Shown one piece after another: positions 1 to 12,368 of a stretch of DNA of 64,000 bases. The position numbers and the translations under genes are program-made. Each line of letters starts with the position of its first letter. Positions within the stretch are counted from its first letter, which is position 1. The stretch is from NCBI RefSeq assembly GCF_018350175.1, contig NC_058368.1:2046001-2110000 (forward strand). The letters are read 5' to 3'. Under the pieces are notes generated by a model that saw only the letters and a list, made by a program, of their open reading frames with translations, was not told where the DNA came from and did no database searches. Source of the stretch: Felis catus. Its lineage: Eukaryota.

Positions 1-3000
1 CTTCCGAGTTGCGGCCGCCAACCGGAGTCATCTTTGCTCGGGTCAGCTTCCAAAATGTTTAACGTGCTTCGGTTACCCGTGCACACCATTTATTTACAAT
101 GAACTATAAAACTTCCATTTGGACAGTGGAATACAATACAGGTGTGGAAAATGGAAACGTTTATAACGAATCATCCGTCCCTCCGTTTAAACAGCAGATG
201 TTTTTGAGAGTTTGCAGTCTTAGGTCCAGGAGAATGAAGACCAGAACAAAACCACTGCCTAACGGGGCTTAACTCTGAGGAGACAAATGGATATTACACA
301 ACACACGCAACGAAACACTCAGGAACAAATTGTGAAAAACGCTATGGAGGGAAATTGCTGGAATGACAGAGAATAAAACAGAGGGATCTGGTTTAGACTA
401 GGGGGGTCAGAAATTACTTTTCTGAATCTGTGACAGCAAGACAAGGCTTCAAAAGGAGTAGGCAGTTCTCAGGCCAGACAGGGCCAGTGCTGGGAAGTGG
501 GAGGGAAGGCAGTGAAGCCCCCGGGGCCACAGCACCAACTGCAGGACACGGGGTGTGACCGGAGGCTGTGACATGGGCCCTGCCTGCGGGTCAGGAATTC
601 ATCCCAAGTGCGGTGGAAAGGTTTCGAGAAGGAAATGACAGGATCTTTTCCTTTTCAGAATGACTACGGGGAGGGTTCTGTGCAGGGAACAGATGAGGAG
701 GGGCCGGGAGGTACCGTAGGCAGTACCATGAGGCAAAGGCGAAGGCTTGGCAGGTGGGGGACGGGGCGGGGGAGTGTGAACACGCAGGGCACAGTCTGGC
801 AGGGGACTGACTGGCCGCGACGATGGGTAAGGAGGGTGAGAAGAGACAGATTATACACGTATGCTTTTTGTAAAGGAAGAAGTGGGATCATCCTGCAAAT
901 ACTGTTTTTCCCACCTGGCACGTCCCTCCTTTCCTTAAATTCCTTTAGTCGGAAAAAAACTTGGTCACTTTTATACCAAAATGTTCAGAGTGATCATATC
1001 TGAGCTGTCAGAACTACAAGCAATTTTTCTTTTCTTCTTACACTCTTCTGTATTTTTCAAGCTTCCACAACGAACACATACTACTTTCAAAACTAGGGGG
1101 AGGCCTGTGTGGTGTGTTGGGGGGGGAGGGTATAAAACAAGGGTATGATGTGCTTGCGTCTTGTCAAATGAATTTTAAATAGCCGACTTTAATAAAACAT
1201 ACAGTTTATCTTTCGCAAGGCCACATTTAATTTGAGAGGCAAAGGCAAAAAAAAAAAGAGGGGGAAAGCAAGGAACTGCTACACCCAAAAGCCATTGTAA
1301 TACAATTTCCTGTCACATTACTGGCATTCCTAAACTTAAGTGTTTCTTTTTTCCTTCTCCTCTTATTGACATTTCTGGGCAGTACCGGGTGGGTGTTGGT
1401 AACCCTGAAAAGTGGTTCCCTTCCCAGAGGAAGGGACAAGGAGGAAATGTGCCTGTTATCTAAACTCCTTCTTTTTTCATTAGCAAAACCCCTGCATTAC
1501 AGAGAAATGATCTCGAGGCAGGGCTTGTCACCAGGATAAAGAACAGCACTTCGGGGTTAACACTTCTCTAGGTCGACGTCTGGCGCTTTCCGGAGGACGC
1601 CTCGTCCGAGCGAAACACGCTACGAGGCCGGGTGGTGTTTGTCCTCTTCCAGCCCCGACGAGTCCCGAGTAGGCGAGGCCTCTGTGCGGCCGGCCCAGGG
1701 GGAACCGCCTCGGCAAAGCGGCCCGGCTGCACCCACGGCGCGTGCGCAAACTCGCCCCGCGCACACGGCCCCGGGCACCGGGACGCCCGGCGGACGCGGC
1801 CCCCAGAGGCCAAGTGCAACGACAGCGTGACCACCTGGCCGCACAACGCTAGGCATCGAGCCCCCCGCGTAACTATGGAGGTCCGAGTAGGCCCAGCTGG
1901 AGCCCAGGAGGAAGACTCAAGCCGCTGCAGGAGGGCTCTGAGCTGAACCGTACCGCCAGGTGCCCGGATCCAGGCAGGGGAAGGTGGAAGCCGGTGTCAG
2001 CAGCCAACAGAAAAGCTGGAAAAGCCCCTGGAACGCGCGAAGCAGAAGGTGCGGGCGGCGGCGGCCAGGCCAGGGATCCGGGGCCGGTGCGTACAGTGGG
2101 CGGGGCGTCCCTGGAGAGGATCGGATGGGGCCTGTGGCCTGTGGGCGAGGGGTCCTGGGGACAGGAAGGGCTGAGCAAGTGCCGCCAGCCCCAGAGAACG
2201 AGAGGACACAAGGGAAAGGAAAGGGCCAAGTCACGGAGCAGAAACGCCCACCAGGACCGGGCGCACAGGAGCCAACACAGAAAATGGCCAGCAACACGCA
2301 CACTGCAAGTTAAAGAGCTCTGCATGACCACACTAAGGGAACACTGAAGTCTGTCCTCTCCAGTGTGTGTCATAAGCACGTCTAACAACCCTTACCGAAG
2401 ACACAAGGTCAGTAGGAGCTGGGGGCGGAGGGGAGGGCGGCAAAAGAGAGACCTCCAGTCAGGTACCACAGTTTCCTGGGCAGTACTGGGGTCCACGGGA
2501 ATGCATCTCGAATGTTTGCTGTGTAGTTTCAGCGAGGTTAGCTGTGCAAGTGCTTGGAACAGTACTTGGCCAGCAGGTAGGGGTCCACACCAGTGTCTGC
2601 CTTTTGTCCCTGAGGCCCCCAGGCCCCCCAGGCCTCGCCCCTGTGCAGCGCCACTCTTGTGGCAAAAGGACCAGGGTCCCAGAAGAACGTGTGGAATGGG
2701 TTGAGAAACCGGATTTTTCTACACTTCTTGGCTTGAGAATGCAAAGAAATTCACTCCCCCCCCCCCTTTGCCTATTAACCAGATCACCTCAGATTTATTT
2801 GGTGCTGTGATCATTATTCTCAGGAAACCTGCCTCTGAATATACAGCCTGACCGTGGGCTTTTTTCTTAGGTCACATTTGGTGTAATCAATCAATGTGTT
2901 TGTTTACATTTCTTCGTACCTTCATTCCAATAAAGATTTCAGTCACTTAAACATTCGCAATAAAGTGAGGAAAAACTGGATTAAGTCAGGATTAGGAAAT

Positions 3001-3513
3001 TGATGCTAACACAGAAATTCAGGCCTAGAAGAATATAGCAATAAAAAGCCAGGGCCCTAAAGAGTCTTGGAAGCTGCCAGACTTGGCAACCCTCACAGGG
3101 GACCGACAAGGGAGGTGCTTGAAGGTCAGGATATGGGGCGGTCCCCAGAGAAAGTGCACGTGCTAAATGCTCCAGAGAAGCAGAAAATGTCTCCTGGTAC
3201 TCGCTTCTGAGAGAAAGTTCTCCTCGAAGCCTTCCTCTGGAGGACACAAGGTGATACCATGCTTAGCTGTTCTATGGAGCGCAGGCTACTACTGAACAGG
3301 AACCTCGCCACCGCGAGGCCCCCATGCCATCCGTCCATCTGTGCGCCCCGAGAAGCCTGGAGTGTGGCGAGCCTGCCCCATCAGACGCTTCCACCTGCTA
3401 ACCCGCCGCAATTCAGTAAGAGCACACAAATCACATGCTTCTGAGAAGCAGACGTGTCACGCGTATTCACATCACTGCAACATCAAATTAGTGGTTTTTA
3501 AAAATTTGTCAGG

Positions 3514-3705
3514 AGGGACACCTGGATGGCTCACACAGTTAAGTGTCCGACTCTTGATTTTGGCTCAGGTTGCGATCCCACGGTCATGGGAACAAGCCCG
3601 GTGTCAGCCTCTGTGCTGACAGCACAGAGCCTGCTTGGGACCCTCTCTTTCCCTCTCTCTCGGTCCCTCCCCCCTCTCAAAATAAATAAACATTAAAAAG
3701 TAAAT
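3514..3705 (+). mobile_element. CAN-SINE (older copy)
   Basis: tRNA-like head (GGGACACCTGGATGGCTCA), CT-rich segment and AAATAAATAAA tail. Confidence 0.88.
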
Positions 3706-3765
3706 AATTAATTAAAATCTGTCAGGGAGAGAAAGAGGGAAAAACCTAGTAATATCATCACTTGA

Positions 3766-5048
3766 CAAAAATGAACTACTGGGACCTCATGAAGATAAAA
3801 AGCTTCTGCACCGCAAAGGAAACAATCAACAAAACTAAAAGGCAACCAATGGGATGGGAAAAGATATTTGCAAATGACATATCAGACAAAGGGCTAGTAT
3901 CCAAAATCTATAAAGAGCTCACCGAACTCCACACCCGAAAAACAAATAATCCAGTGAAGAAAGGGGCAGAAAACATGAATAGACACTTCTCTAAAGAAGC
4001 GATCCAGATAGCCAACAGGCACATGAGAAGATGCTCAATGTCGCTCCTCATCAGGGAAATACAAATCAAAACCACACTCAGATACCACCTCACGCCAGTC
4101 AGAGTGGCCAAAATAAACAAATCAGGAGACTATAGATGCTGGAGAGGATGTGGAGAAACGGGAACCCTCTTGCACTGCTGGTGGGAATGCAAACTGGTGC
4201 AGCCACTCTGGAAAACAGTGTGGAGGTTCCTCAAAAAATTAAAAATAGATCTACTCTACAACCCAGCAATAGCACTGCTAGGAATTTACCCAAGGGACAC
4301 AGGAGTGCTGATGCATAGGGGCACCCGTACCCCAATGTTTATAGCAGCACTCTCAACAATAGCCAAATCATGGAAGGAGCCTCAATGTCCATCAACTGAT
4401 GAATGGATAAAGAAATTGTGGTTTAGGGGCGCCTGGGTGGCGCAGTCGGTTAAGCGTCCGACTTCAGCCTGGTCACGATCTCGCGGTCCGTGAGTTCGAG
4501 CCCCGCGTCAGGCTCTGGGCTGATGACTCAGAGCCTGGAGCCTGTTTCCGATTCTGTGTCTCCGTCTCTCTCTGCCCCTCCCCCGTTCATGCTCTGTCTC
4601 TCTCTGTCCCAAAAATAAATAAACGTTGAACAAAAAAATTAAAAAAAAAAAAAAGAAATTGTGGTTTATATACACAATGGAATACTACGCAGCAATGAGA
4701 AAGAATGAAATATGGCCTTTTGTAGCAACGTGGATGGAACTGGAGAGTGTAATGCTAAGTGAAATAACTCATACAGAGAAAGACAGATACCATATGTTTT
4801 CACTCTTATGTGGATCCTGAGAAACTTAACAGAAGACCATGGGGGAGGGGAAGGAGGAAGAAAAAAAGGTTAGAGAGGGAGGGAGCCAAAACATAAGAGA
4901 CTCTTAAAAACTAAGAACTGAGGGTTGATGGGGGGTGGGGGAGAGGGGAAAGTGGGTGACAGGCATTGAGGAGGGCACCTGTTGGGATGAGCACTGGGTG
5001 TTGTATGGAAACCAATTTGACAATAAATTTCATATTAAAAAAATACAT
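3766..5048 (+). mobile_element. 5'-truncated young carnivore/felid L1 (ORF2 C-terminus plus 3'UTR), antisense in LATS2 intron 2
   Basis: ORFs 3762..4493 and 4626..4820 encode the L1 ORF2 C-terminus, including the cysteine-rich [20 protein letters not shown]-rich 3'UTR, AATAAA and A-tail follow. The direct repeat ATCACTTGA flanks it at 3757-3765 and 5049-5057. Confidence 0.95.
4426..4651 (+). mobile_element. Young felid CAN-SINE inserted into the L1
   Basis: Full-length, CpG-rich copy with a perfect 17-bp TSD AAAGAAATTGTGGTTTA (4409-4425, 4652-4668). Confidence 0.96.
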
Positions 5049-5214
5049 ATCACTTGAAACCATTAAGAGTACAAGAAAAACTGAAACTAAATTTTATAAA
5101 ATAAAGTAAATGCTAAATTTAATTACCAATGCCAATATTAAAAGTATCCAATGATACAAAACATGACACTCATAACCAAAAAACTTATCTTTACAATTCC
5201 TTAAATCTAAATTG

Positions 5215-5366
5215 ATTTGTTTCTAGAGAGAGAGAAAGGGCATTTGTGTGCAAGCAGGGGAGGGGCAGAGGGAGAGGGAGAGAGGCTCAGTCCCAAGACC
5301 CTGGGATCATCACCTGAGCTAGAATCAAGAGGCAGACGCTTAACGAACTGAGCCACCCGGCACCCC
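5215..5366 (-). mobile_element. CAN-SINE (diverged)
   Basis: Reverse-complement head ...CTGAGCCACCCGGCACCCC and GA-rich body. Confidence 0.8.
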
Positions 5367-5387
5367 TTAAATCTATAGTTAAAGAAC

Positions 5388-5580
5388 AGGGGCGCCAGGG
5401 TGGCTACGTCAATTGAGCATCCACTCTTCATTTCAGCTCAGGTCATAATCCCAGGGTCCTGAGATCAAGTTCCTCGTCGGATTCTGTGCTGAGCGTGAAG
5501 CCTGCTTGAGATTCTCTCTTGCTCCCCGCTCCCCTGCTCGTGTTCTCTCTCTAAAAAAAAAAAAGAAAAAGAAAAAAAGA
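5388..5580 (+). mobile_element. CAN-SINE, head-to-head with the previous copy
   Basis: GGGGCGCCAGGGTGGCT head, CT tract and A-rich tail. Confidence 0.85.
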
Positions 5581-8234
5581 ACAGCTCCTTGCATAAGGAA
5601 TATTAATCTATTGGCCTTTTTTTGTATAGAAATTTTCATAAGCCTTTAGTCATGTATGTGTGAAATATTTTAGACACTATCATTTGACATATACACTATA
5701 TCATTACACAGAAAATACTTAGTCTTTTTCTAGAAATTTCTATTTAAAGATATTTCAATTAAAAACATACCCAGGAGCGCCTGGCTGGCATGCGACTCTT
5801 GCTCTTGGGATCGTGAGTTTGAGCCCTACATTGGGTGCAGAGATAACTTAAATTAAAAAAATAATTTTTTAAAATGTAGACCCAGTACATGCTAGTTACA
5901 CGGGTGTAATTCACTGGGTGAAATTCACCCAGCTGTACACTTAGGAATCATGTACTTCTCTTATGTAAATTTTGTTTTATTATGAAAAGCCTAAAAGAAA
6001 ACACTCCCTTATAAACATTCGGGCAAATATTTCCAGTTAGTCTCGGGTCAAGTAAAATGGGGAAAAATGTGTGCGCATGCATATACGATGGATAAAACGG
6101 TGCATATAAAAGTGTGTAAGACCTCGGGGAAAACCTGGAGTTTACTGCCATTCTGATTAATATTAGGACTAAAAATGACACTTAAACTCAAAATACAAGA
6201 GAACATAACTGAACCTACATTAAAAGGCAGTATAGTAGGAGACAAAGGAAAAAGGAAAGCTGCAACACTAGAAGTCTCTGTGCCTATTACACTGGATCTG
6301 ATCATCTGAGCTGTGGGAGACCGAACTCTAGAGCTACTGTTGATCCTTTCCACGCATGCTACTTGGGTTCCCGTCAGGACTTTCTGACCGGAATTCTCTA
6401 AAAGCAAAATGCATCCTGTATACAGACCAAAAAACGGTCCAAAGTGGACTGTGAGGGTGAAGGCAGAACTGTTTTACTTTACAAAGTAACACTACACACT
6501 AAAGTGATTGAACTATTTCAGGAGCATTAAATACGGCAAATGGAGTCCTTTCTGCCAGCAATTAACATAAATTAAATGTTGATGGGAACTTCACTGGTGT
6601 CACGATCCTTAATTTTACTGTATTTGTATTTTACTGTCTTGGATACAGCACCGGCTCCATTATTTCTTGCACTGTAATTATCACTAATGGATTCTGCCAT
6701 AATGAGATCCCACCTGTATTTTGGATTATTTGCTTCACTTGTTTCTTTTTACCACAGCTGAAACACAACTGCAAAGAACACCCTGCTCTGATCGCCTCTT
6801 TTGTTTGCAAGCGATTTACAGAAGATTTTAGGCTTTGCTGTTGGGTTTCAGAAGTCTCTGCGATCTTACTGGTATTTCCCCAGGACTGCTCCTTCCTACT
6901 TTCAAAACCATCAAGTTCTGTTTGTCAGGGGATAGCACTTGGCAGCGTGTTTAACTTCATATTTTCACAATGAGAAAGGTCATGCCTCTGCTGTCAGCTT
7001 CCACTGCTAAAACACTCGGCACCACATTATTCATGATCCTGTGCTTTATAAAAGCAACTTTCAACTCAACAATGCTTGCTTTACACAAGTTAATCCCAGT
7101 ATATCCCAAAGTGTCAAGGAAGTGCCCTGCAAAATAGCACGATTAGTTTCACAAACATATCATCTGAAAAATGTAAATTCTCTAGCTCAGTTCTATGGTA
7201 ATCACCTGCAACCAGAAGGCTGAGATTGCTTTTGGAAATAAGAGGGCATTGTTAGCCTTTTCCTGTGACTGTGAGGCCAGGAGTAGGTAATTAGGTTATT
7301 TCTAAGAAACTAAAAGTGCTCAAGCCATCTTGATATGCTTTGAGCATGAAATCTTACTAATTTTCCAAGGCAGCAAAAATGCCTAGCTTATTTCCATTTT
7401 CATGCAACTGTGACTTTTAAGATGACAGATGGTAACAAAGCATTAGCCTTCAGACGTCCCTTTAGAAGGCAATTACATTTTTACCAGTTCCATTTTACTA
7501 AAGACATTTTTACCTGGCCGGACACTAGTTCCATTTCACATGGTCCTGCCCCTCAACCTGGGTTTTACGTAGCTATACCAATCACGACAGGATCATAAAT
7601 GCATAGCTGTCAGTTGTGTGCTTCTATGGTATTCGTACCACCTCCTTCCTTATTAAGGTGTCTCTTATTCTTAAGCAACCGAACAGTCAGACCACACGTG
7701 TTGCCACCAGTCTGATGACCTCTCAAGCCTGCTCACTTCCCTAACATAGCCACATCTCCTCTACCAGTATACACAGCAGGAGAAAACAGAGTCTAAGAAG
7801 AGCCAATTCATGTTAATCAACCTTCCCCTTCACCAAGTAAAAAAATGCACAGACCAAAAACAAGGGAAGCCAGTGTCTTCCCCATGACCGTTCCGAATAA
7901 GCCCAAATAAACCCCAAAGAAAGGGCAAGTGTGAAAGCCCTTCACCCCTTTACACGGACAGAACAGAGAATGCACGTGGTACCACTGCAGTAGAGTTCAC
8001 AAGTGTCTGGATCCTGCGTGAAAAGGAAAAGCAGCCAAGAGACCCTTCTGGAGAGAAGGTGGAAAACAATACAATGGCACACCGCAAGGGCCTCGGATTT
8101 TGACCTGGAAACGCTTTTCTTAGTAGCTAAGTCGGGGCCTTGGAGGGGCAGCCGCAGGACCTTTGGCTGCCTCCACTGTGCTCGGACGGCTGGCTTACTG
8201 TAACTGCCCCCGCGGGAGCCTCGGGTGCACCCAC

Positions 8235-8573
8235 CTGGTCGCATCCCGCGTTCACCAATTCCTGCAGCATCTGCCGGTTTACTTCTGCAGCTGCGGAAGT
8301 GCCCGATTCATTAGCGAAAGGCAACAGGGAGTATCTGATTTCTCTCAGGGCTTTCTGGTAAGGTCCGAACTTCGGGGTGGCTCTCGTCTGCTGCTGCCGG
8401 GCAGCATCCTTGCCCCCCAGGACTTTGGCGGCCAGGGGAGCGTCACTGTTTGGTCCCACCGGCAGGCCCTGAGCGGAAGACTTGGACGGCTGCTTTAAGC
8501 CCTCTCGGATCTCCTGCAGTCGCTGGCGGCTGTTTCCAGAATAAGTCGTGGCAGGAAAAGTCTTTGGCCTCAT
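8235..8573 (-). CDS. LATS2: LATS2 first coding exon, codons 1-113 (conserved N-terminal region and start of the UBA domain); the CDS continues in exons left of the window
   Basis: The translation MRPKTFPATTYSGNSRQRLQEIREGLKQPSKSS...KFGPYQKALREIRYSLLPFANESGTSAAAEVNRQMLQELVNAGCDQ is the recognisable LATS2 N-terminus. The ATG is at 8573-8571 with A at -3. A phase-0 donor CAG|GTGGGT follows 8235, so the last 35 aa of ORF 8127..8573 are intronic read-through. Confidence 0.97.
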
Positions 8574-8784
8574 TGTTAGTCCAGTTTCCTTTTACCATAA
8601 ATACAATCTTCTTAAAGTGTTTTATTATAAAAAAAAAAAAAAGAAAAACTGTCAACAGTATCAGTTAGTTGTAAACATACTTTCAAAACAATTTCCTTTT
8701 GAAAATTTTCTTTCCTTCAATATTTGTAGTTCCTATGGAGAACCTAAAATTTTCCAGAGACTTCATTCCGAAGATCATCACTAT
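8574..8784 (-). other. LATS2: 5'UTR portion of LATS2 exon 2 (whole exon 8235-8784, 550 nt)
   Basis: The minus strand reads CCATTTTCTTTTTCAG|ATAGTG, a polypyrimidine tract plus CAG acceptor 211 nt upstream of the start codon. Confidence 0.85.
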
Positions 8785-9460
8785 CTGAAAAAGAAAATGG
8801 AAAGAACATACTCATTGATGGTCTTCACATACTGTTGACAATACTTTTCAGAAACGGGCAATGATCTTGAAAATATTCCACTTGAAAGGATTAAGAAAGA
8901 ACACATCACCTCTCAGAAATGATAAAAAGTGTTCAGCTCTAGTCGGCGCCCATGACATCTAGGGCTGTCCCAAGATGTTTCCTGTAACATGTAATCTGTA
9001 ATAAAGTAAATCTCCACAAGCTCATATTATTTACAAATATTCACCTCAGAGTAAGAACAGTAAGTAGTATTAACGGATCGTTCACTCGAAATACTTCATT
9101 ATAATATAATTTCACTTTGAAACTTGCAGCTTGAGTGTTTAGGGTTAAACCTTCCACCTGAGGTCTTGGATTTCTGGCTTGTTCCTAATAACCACTCAGT
9201 TCGTAGCACACACCTTCGTCTCTTATCTCTGTGGCTTTACTAACCCTTCCCCCGACCTGCACCTGTGGTCCTTCCATGTCTTTGCAAAGTCTGCCGTCTA
9301 AAGCCCTCCCAGACTTCCTGAAAGACGCCACAAACGTGTCACATTAAAAGCGTCCTATATCGCAAGTGAAAGAAGTTCTAACACAATGTGTTATGAGACT
9401 TTGAAGGTAACAACTCCCTGGGTTTTTTTTATAAAATGGTCACCTTCTTATCAGCATTTT

Positions 9461-9668
9461 TTTTTCAATGTTTATTTATTTTTGGGACAGAGAGAGACAG
9501 AGCATGAACGGGGGAGGGGCAGAGAGAGAGGGAGACACAGAATCAGAAACGGGCTCCAGGCTCTGAGCCATCAGCCCAGAGCCCGACGCGGGGCTCGAAC
9601 TCCCGGACCGCGAGATCGTGACCTGGCTGAAGTCGGACGCCTAACCCACTGCGCCACCCAGGCGCCCC
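9461..9668 (-). mobile_element. Young felid CAN-SINE in intron 1
   Basis: Full-length copy with a perfect 14-bp TSD CTTATCAGCATTTT (9447-9460, 9669-9682). Confidence 0.96.
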
Positions 9669-12368
9669 CTTATCAGCATTTTGACCTAAATACCAAAATA
9701 AAAATATGTTTCTTGGAGACACTGATCCTTACGCGGACGGGGACTGGTAAAATCACGTGGGTGATTCCGTTCTCAGAGCGCACTGCGACCGTACCAACGA
9801 GCGGCTGTACCACTAAAGGCGATCCGTGTGGATCGCCTAGCACACTTGAGCACAGAAACGGCCCCCACGCCCAGAGCCAGAGACCCCAAAGCCATTGCCG
9901 GTAGTGAACGAGACCTACCCCAGGCCTAATTGACTGAATACTCCGTTGTTGTTGCATTCGGAAAACAAGATGCTGCCCTTGGCAGCCAGCTCCCCCGGAA
10001 GCAGGATCTAGCTCAAGCCACTTGCCGGCTGGGTGACCTTGAGCGGGTCCTCTAACTCCCCGTGCGAGGCACCGCACGAAGCCTGGCAAGAGGGCGGTGG
10101 GGGGCGGCGAGAAAGAGCGCGAGAAAGAGCGCGCATGCGTCTGGCTCCGTAGCCCTGGCGGCACAGCCAGTCTTGGGGGAACCGCGCCGTCTGCCACGCG
10201 TGTGAGTGAGTACGGCTTATGTCGTCAGCTCTCGCGACCCGCGCGCGGGTGCCCACGGTGGCAAAAGCCAAGGCCTGCGCGGCCGCTGGGCTCACGCCCC
10301 AAGTTCCGGGGGCCCGCTCCCTTTCCTTCCTGTTTTGCCCTCACTCCTTCCACTCCTTTTGGCCCATAGGACTCGGGGAGCAAACTGTAAAGGATAAGCA
10401 TTTTGCATTTTAATCAGCAAAGAAAACCTGAGCACCCTTTAAAGGGAAAGGAGCAGCGGGATGTGAACTTTTTGTTTCAGCGAGGAATTTTAGAACTGTA
10501 AAATGGAAGTCTGCTTCACAGACACTTCCACGTCGAAGAAAAACTGATGGCCAGTATTTCTCCGGGATCTACTATGTGCTGGGCTCTGAGGGTTCTATGT
10601 GAATTTACTTATGTAGATCTACCTCATAACCACACATGGCCGTAAACCTGAAGAAACGACATCAAAATTACTATTCTTACAGGTGGGAAGGTGGAAGGTC
10701 TGAAAAGTTCTATCACTTCCTCAATGAAACTGAGGGAAGAGTCTATTTACGAAGTAAGAACCAGACTCAACACAGTTTCCAACATGGAATTCTTATTCTG
10801 ACCCACAACGTTTAACACGGCAGTCCCTGACACGACTGTTGTAAGACTCTGCAGACAGTGAACAATCAGATCCAAGAACTGCTGAGATTTCCCCAGGGCC
10901 TGGACCAGAGTGTTGGCAGGGAGCCAGAAACCCAGAGCTCTGCTTAATTGGTGTAAAATGGGGCATACTGTAACCACACTCATTTTCAGTGACTTCGTGG
11001 TCTAAGCATCTGTTTTGAAATACCTAACTTTCTAAAACCAGGGGTTCCCGTTCCAGCAAAAATAGAGAGGTTCTCAGGGAGCTGCCAAGCACGTACGGAG
11101 GGTCCTGAGTGATTCGATATGTCTGAGGACAGGCAGGAGACTTGGCTCTTTTCCTGTGGGAATTTACACAGATCACTTTGTTTCCCATCTCTAGGGTCTT
11201 CTTACCCTTTCTTTGAAAACTAAAATTCAGAAGACGTAAATCATACTATCTTCTCACAACACATAATCAGGGAGGGTTTCTTCACAGTCGAAATGTACTC
11301 GAGCTTCCTCTGCCACCGACTCATCTCTGTGCCATCCGCCCACTCGCCCACCTGGCAAACATTCATCCAAAGCCTACTAACTCTCAGGCACTGCTGGGAC
11401 AAACAAGAACAAAACTCCGCCTCGGCAAGGTGAGGGTGAGGCAGCCAAATAAACAGCTTCAAAGGACAAGAGATGCCCAAAGGAGAAAAAAAAGAAACCA
11501 TCTAAGAAATGGGTGAATGAAGGAGAAAGCCAGAAAAAGCTCTGAAGCAGAGACAACTGGGTCTGAGTGTAGGGAGGAATGGAACTCCAGCCAGAGGGAA
11601 CAGCATTTGCAAAGGAGCAGAGGGACAGGAAGTGTGCAGGCCCCGCCCTCCCATTCACGTCCGGGCGGAGGCTTTTCCTGGAGGGTGATGGAGGCTTGAG
11701 ACCCTGGAGGTGCACAGGGCTCCGTCTGAAGGAGCTGCATGGACACGTTGTCTGCACTCCTTGCAGATGGTGGCAAGCCATTGTCTGTGGTTGAGCTCAG
11801 GAGGGATGTGGCCAGAAGTGCCCTTTTAAAGAACTGAGTCTGGAATCTAACTGGAAGGGACAACCACACACACCAGGTCGACGAAGAAAGCCTGGGTGAG
11901 AGGCAGCAACCCCAGGGAGGGAGGAGAAGAGGGCTCGGAGCTAGCTATACCTTGGCCAGGTGTCAGGGCTTGAAGACATCAACAGAGCCACCAGCAGGTG
12001 GGACATTTCCGTCGCTCGTGGCTGTCCACGAAAGAGAGCAGTTAGGTGAGTGAATGGAGAGCTCGTATCCCTCCCACCCGGCATGTCTTAGGGAGCAGCG
12101 GTCTGTAATAAGCCTCATTTTACCTTCAGGCGCTATTAGCAGAGTGAGGAGAAGGTACAAGGTGTTTTGCACTCAGCCAAGAAGGCCAAGGGCCGCAAGA
12201 GATGGTCCAGACTGAGGAAAGAGGAGCCGTGAGAAAGCCAAACCAAGGCGCCCTCTCTGCCCAGCCACACCGGCAGAGGGAAGGGGAGCCAGACGCAGGT
12301 GAGGGAGGCCCCGGCTGGTCCTGAGGCTTAAGAGCCACCTCTGCAATTTACTTTCAAAATGGGAAGCT

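Noticed and set aside
3762..4820. 243-aa and 64-aa ORFs as a host gene
   Set aside because: They are the C-terminus of a 5'-truncated L1 ORF2 with no promoter, endonuclease or RT domain.
8127..8234. C-terminal 35 aa of the 148-aa LATS2 ORF
   Set aside because: Lies beyond the CAG|GTGGGT donor and is intronic read-through.
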